In this document: positions 63,252 through 64,000 of the stretch, in pieces
Layout: each line of letters opens with the position of its first letter
Numbering within the stretch: position 1 is the stretch's first letter
DNA from: Paramoeba atlantica
Lineage: Eukaryota; Protista; Discosea
Direction of reading: 5' to 3'
Length of the DNA stretch: 64,000 bases
NCBI GenBank assembly: GCA_977017575.1
Contig: CDRNVI010000039.1
Coordinates: forward strand, 620,001 to 684,000
The notes under the pieces: model-generated
What the model saw: only the letters and a program-made list of their open reading frames with translations
Databases searched by the model: none
Told to the model about the DNA's origin: nothing
Translations under genes and position numbers: made by a program

Positions 63252-63668
63252 TCATGTCCCCTTTGCTCTAGTCTCAAAAGGCCACCGCTTATCTTTAGGC
63301 TCCACAATATCTGAGGCAGGCGGGGCAATCTTAGGCGGCAGCACATCGGGATGAAACCTCGAGGTGAAGTTCATTCGGGAACGTCGCCCTCCTCGTTCGT
63401 TACCAAATTGCTGAAATTCCTTCTCCTCCTTATCTTGAAGGAATTTCTGCCCCTCTGTGTTGTACCACTCCTCCATTTCCCGCCACTGCAAACGGGAGGT
63501 GTGCGTGGAGAGTGTCTTGTGTGCGGTGAAATCCTCCATGGTTCGGTACCGCGAGAAGCAAAGCGCACAACTCAGTTGTGCGCCGAACTTCAGCGGAGGC
63601 GGACCCTTTTTACGTTTCGTACTCAGCGCAGGTGCAGCTTTGAAGCGGTTTAATGAGAGTGTAAACAT
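63252..63668 (-). CDS. Small hypothetical C2H2-finger protein (possibly mitochondrial)
   Basis: CALCFSRYRTMEDFTAHKTLSTH and a basic N-terminus. Confidence 0.65.
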   Translation of the reverse strand: MFTLSLNRFKAAPALSTKRKKGPPPLKFGAQLSCALCFSRYRTMEDFTAHKTLSTHTSRLQWREMEEWYNTEGQKFLQDKEEKEFQQFGNERGGRRSRMNFTSRFHPDVLPPKIAPPASDIVEPKDKRWPFETRAKGT

Positions 63669-64000
63669 AAAACACCGTATGAAGAATAAGAGAAAAGATC
63701 TAGTGTACTTCATTCATTGTGGTTCATGCTTCGTCAAGCACTATTTTCTCATTTTAACGTGATATTTATCCTATGAGTTTGTCGTACGTTGTACAGAAAT
63801 AAGTTTTTTAACTTTACATTTTCATTCTTTCTTCTCACCTATCTTCTTTCCTTGTAGAACAGGGTCATGCAGGTCCCTTTCCACTTCCACAAGTCCTTTG
63901 CTACTTTACTTCAACAAGATTTCACCCCACCCCATATTTTACCTCTTACTTTTGCTTCGGTCGTGCTCGTACCGGCGGGGTGCGCACGCGACGTAGGGTG

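Overview
Eukaryotic, intron-less, gene-dense DNA with essentially all host genes on the minus strand, i.e. one kinetoplastid-style polycistronic unit. Supporting evidence: PCTAIRE CRK1, trypanosomatid-like EF1B, a mitochondrial Pol I-like protein and spliced-leader (SL)-like sequence. A prokinetoplastid such as Perkinsela is my inference, not proven. About 27 housekeeping or hypothetical genes occupy 0.3-11.2 kb and 30.4-63.7 kb. They are separated by a ~19 kb island with no recognisable host gene. The island holds a 96-bp higher-order satellite, a CT tract flanked by inverted arms, Merlin and hAT transposase relics, several TA-flanked MITEs and two related CRE-clade (RT + restriction-like endonuclease) non-LTR retroelements. 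Strongest leads: (1) both retroelements begin with an identical SL-exon-like 34-37-mer although neither sits in an SL RNA gene; (2) a 2A/StopGo-like motif between their ORF1-like and pol-like parts; (3) ~0.5-1.3 kb GC islands whose GC skew flips at the centre; (4) a Pol I-like protein with intact exonuclease motifs but degenerate polymerase motifs; (5) a stand-alone MPT acyltransferase of fungal/CMN FAS-I type; (6) a 25-finger RanBP2 protein. All family calls come from motifs read by eye; no searches were run.
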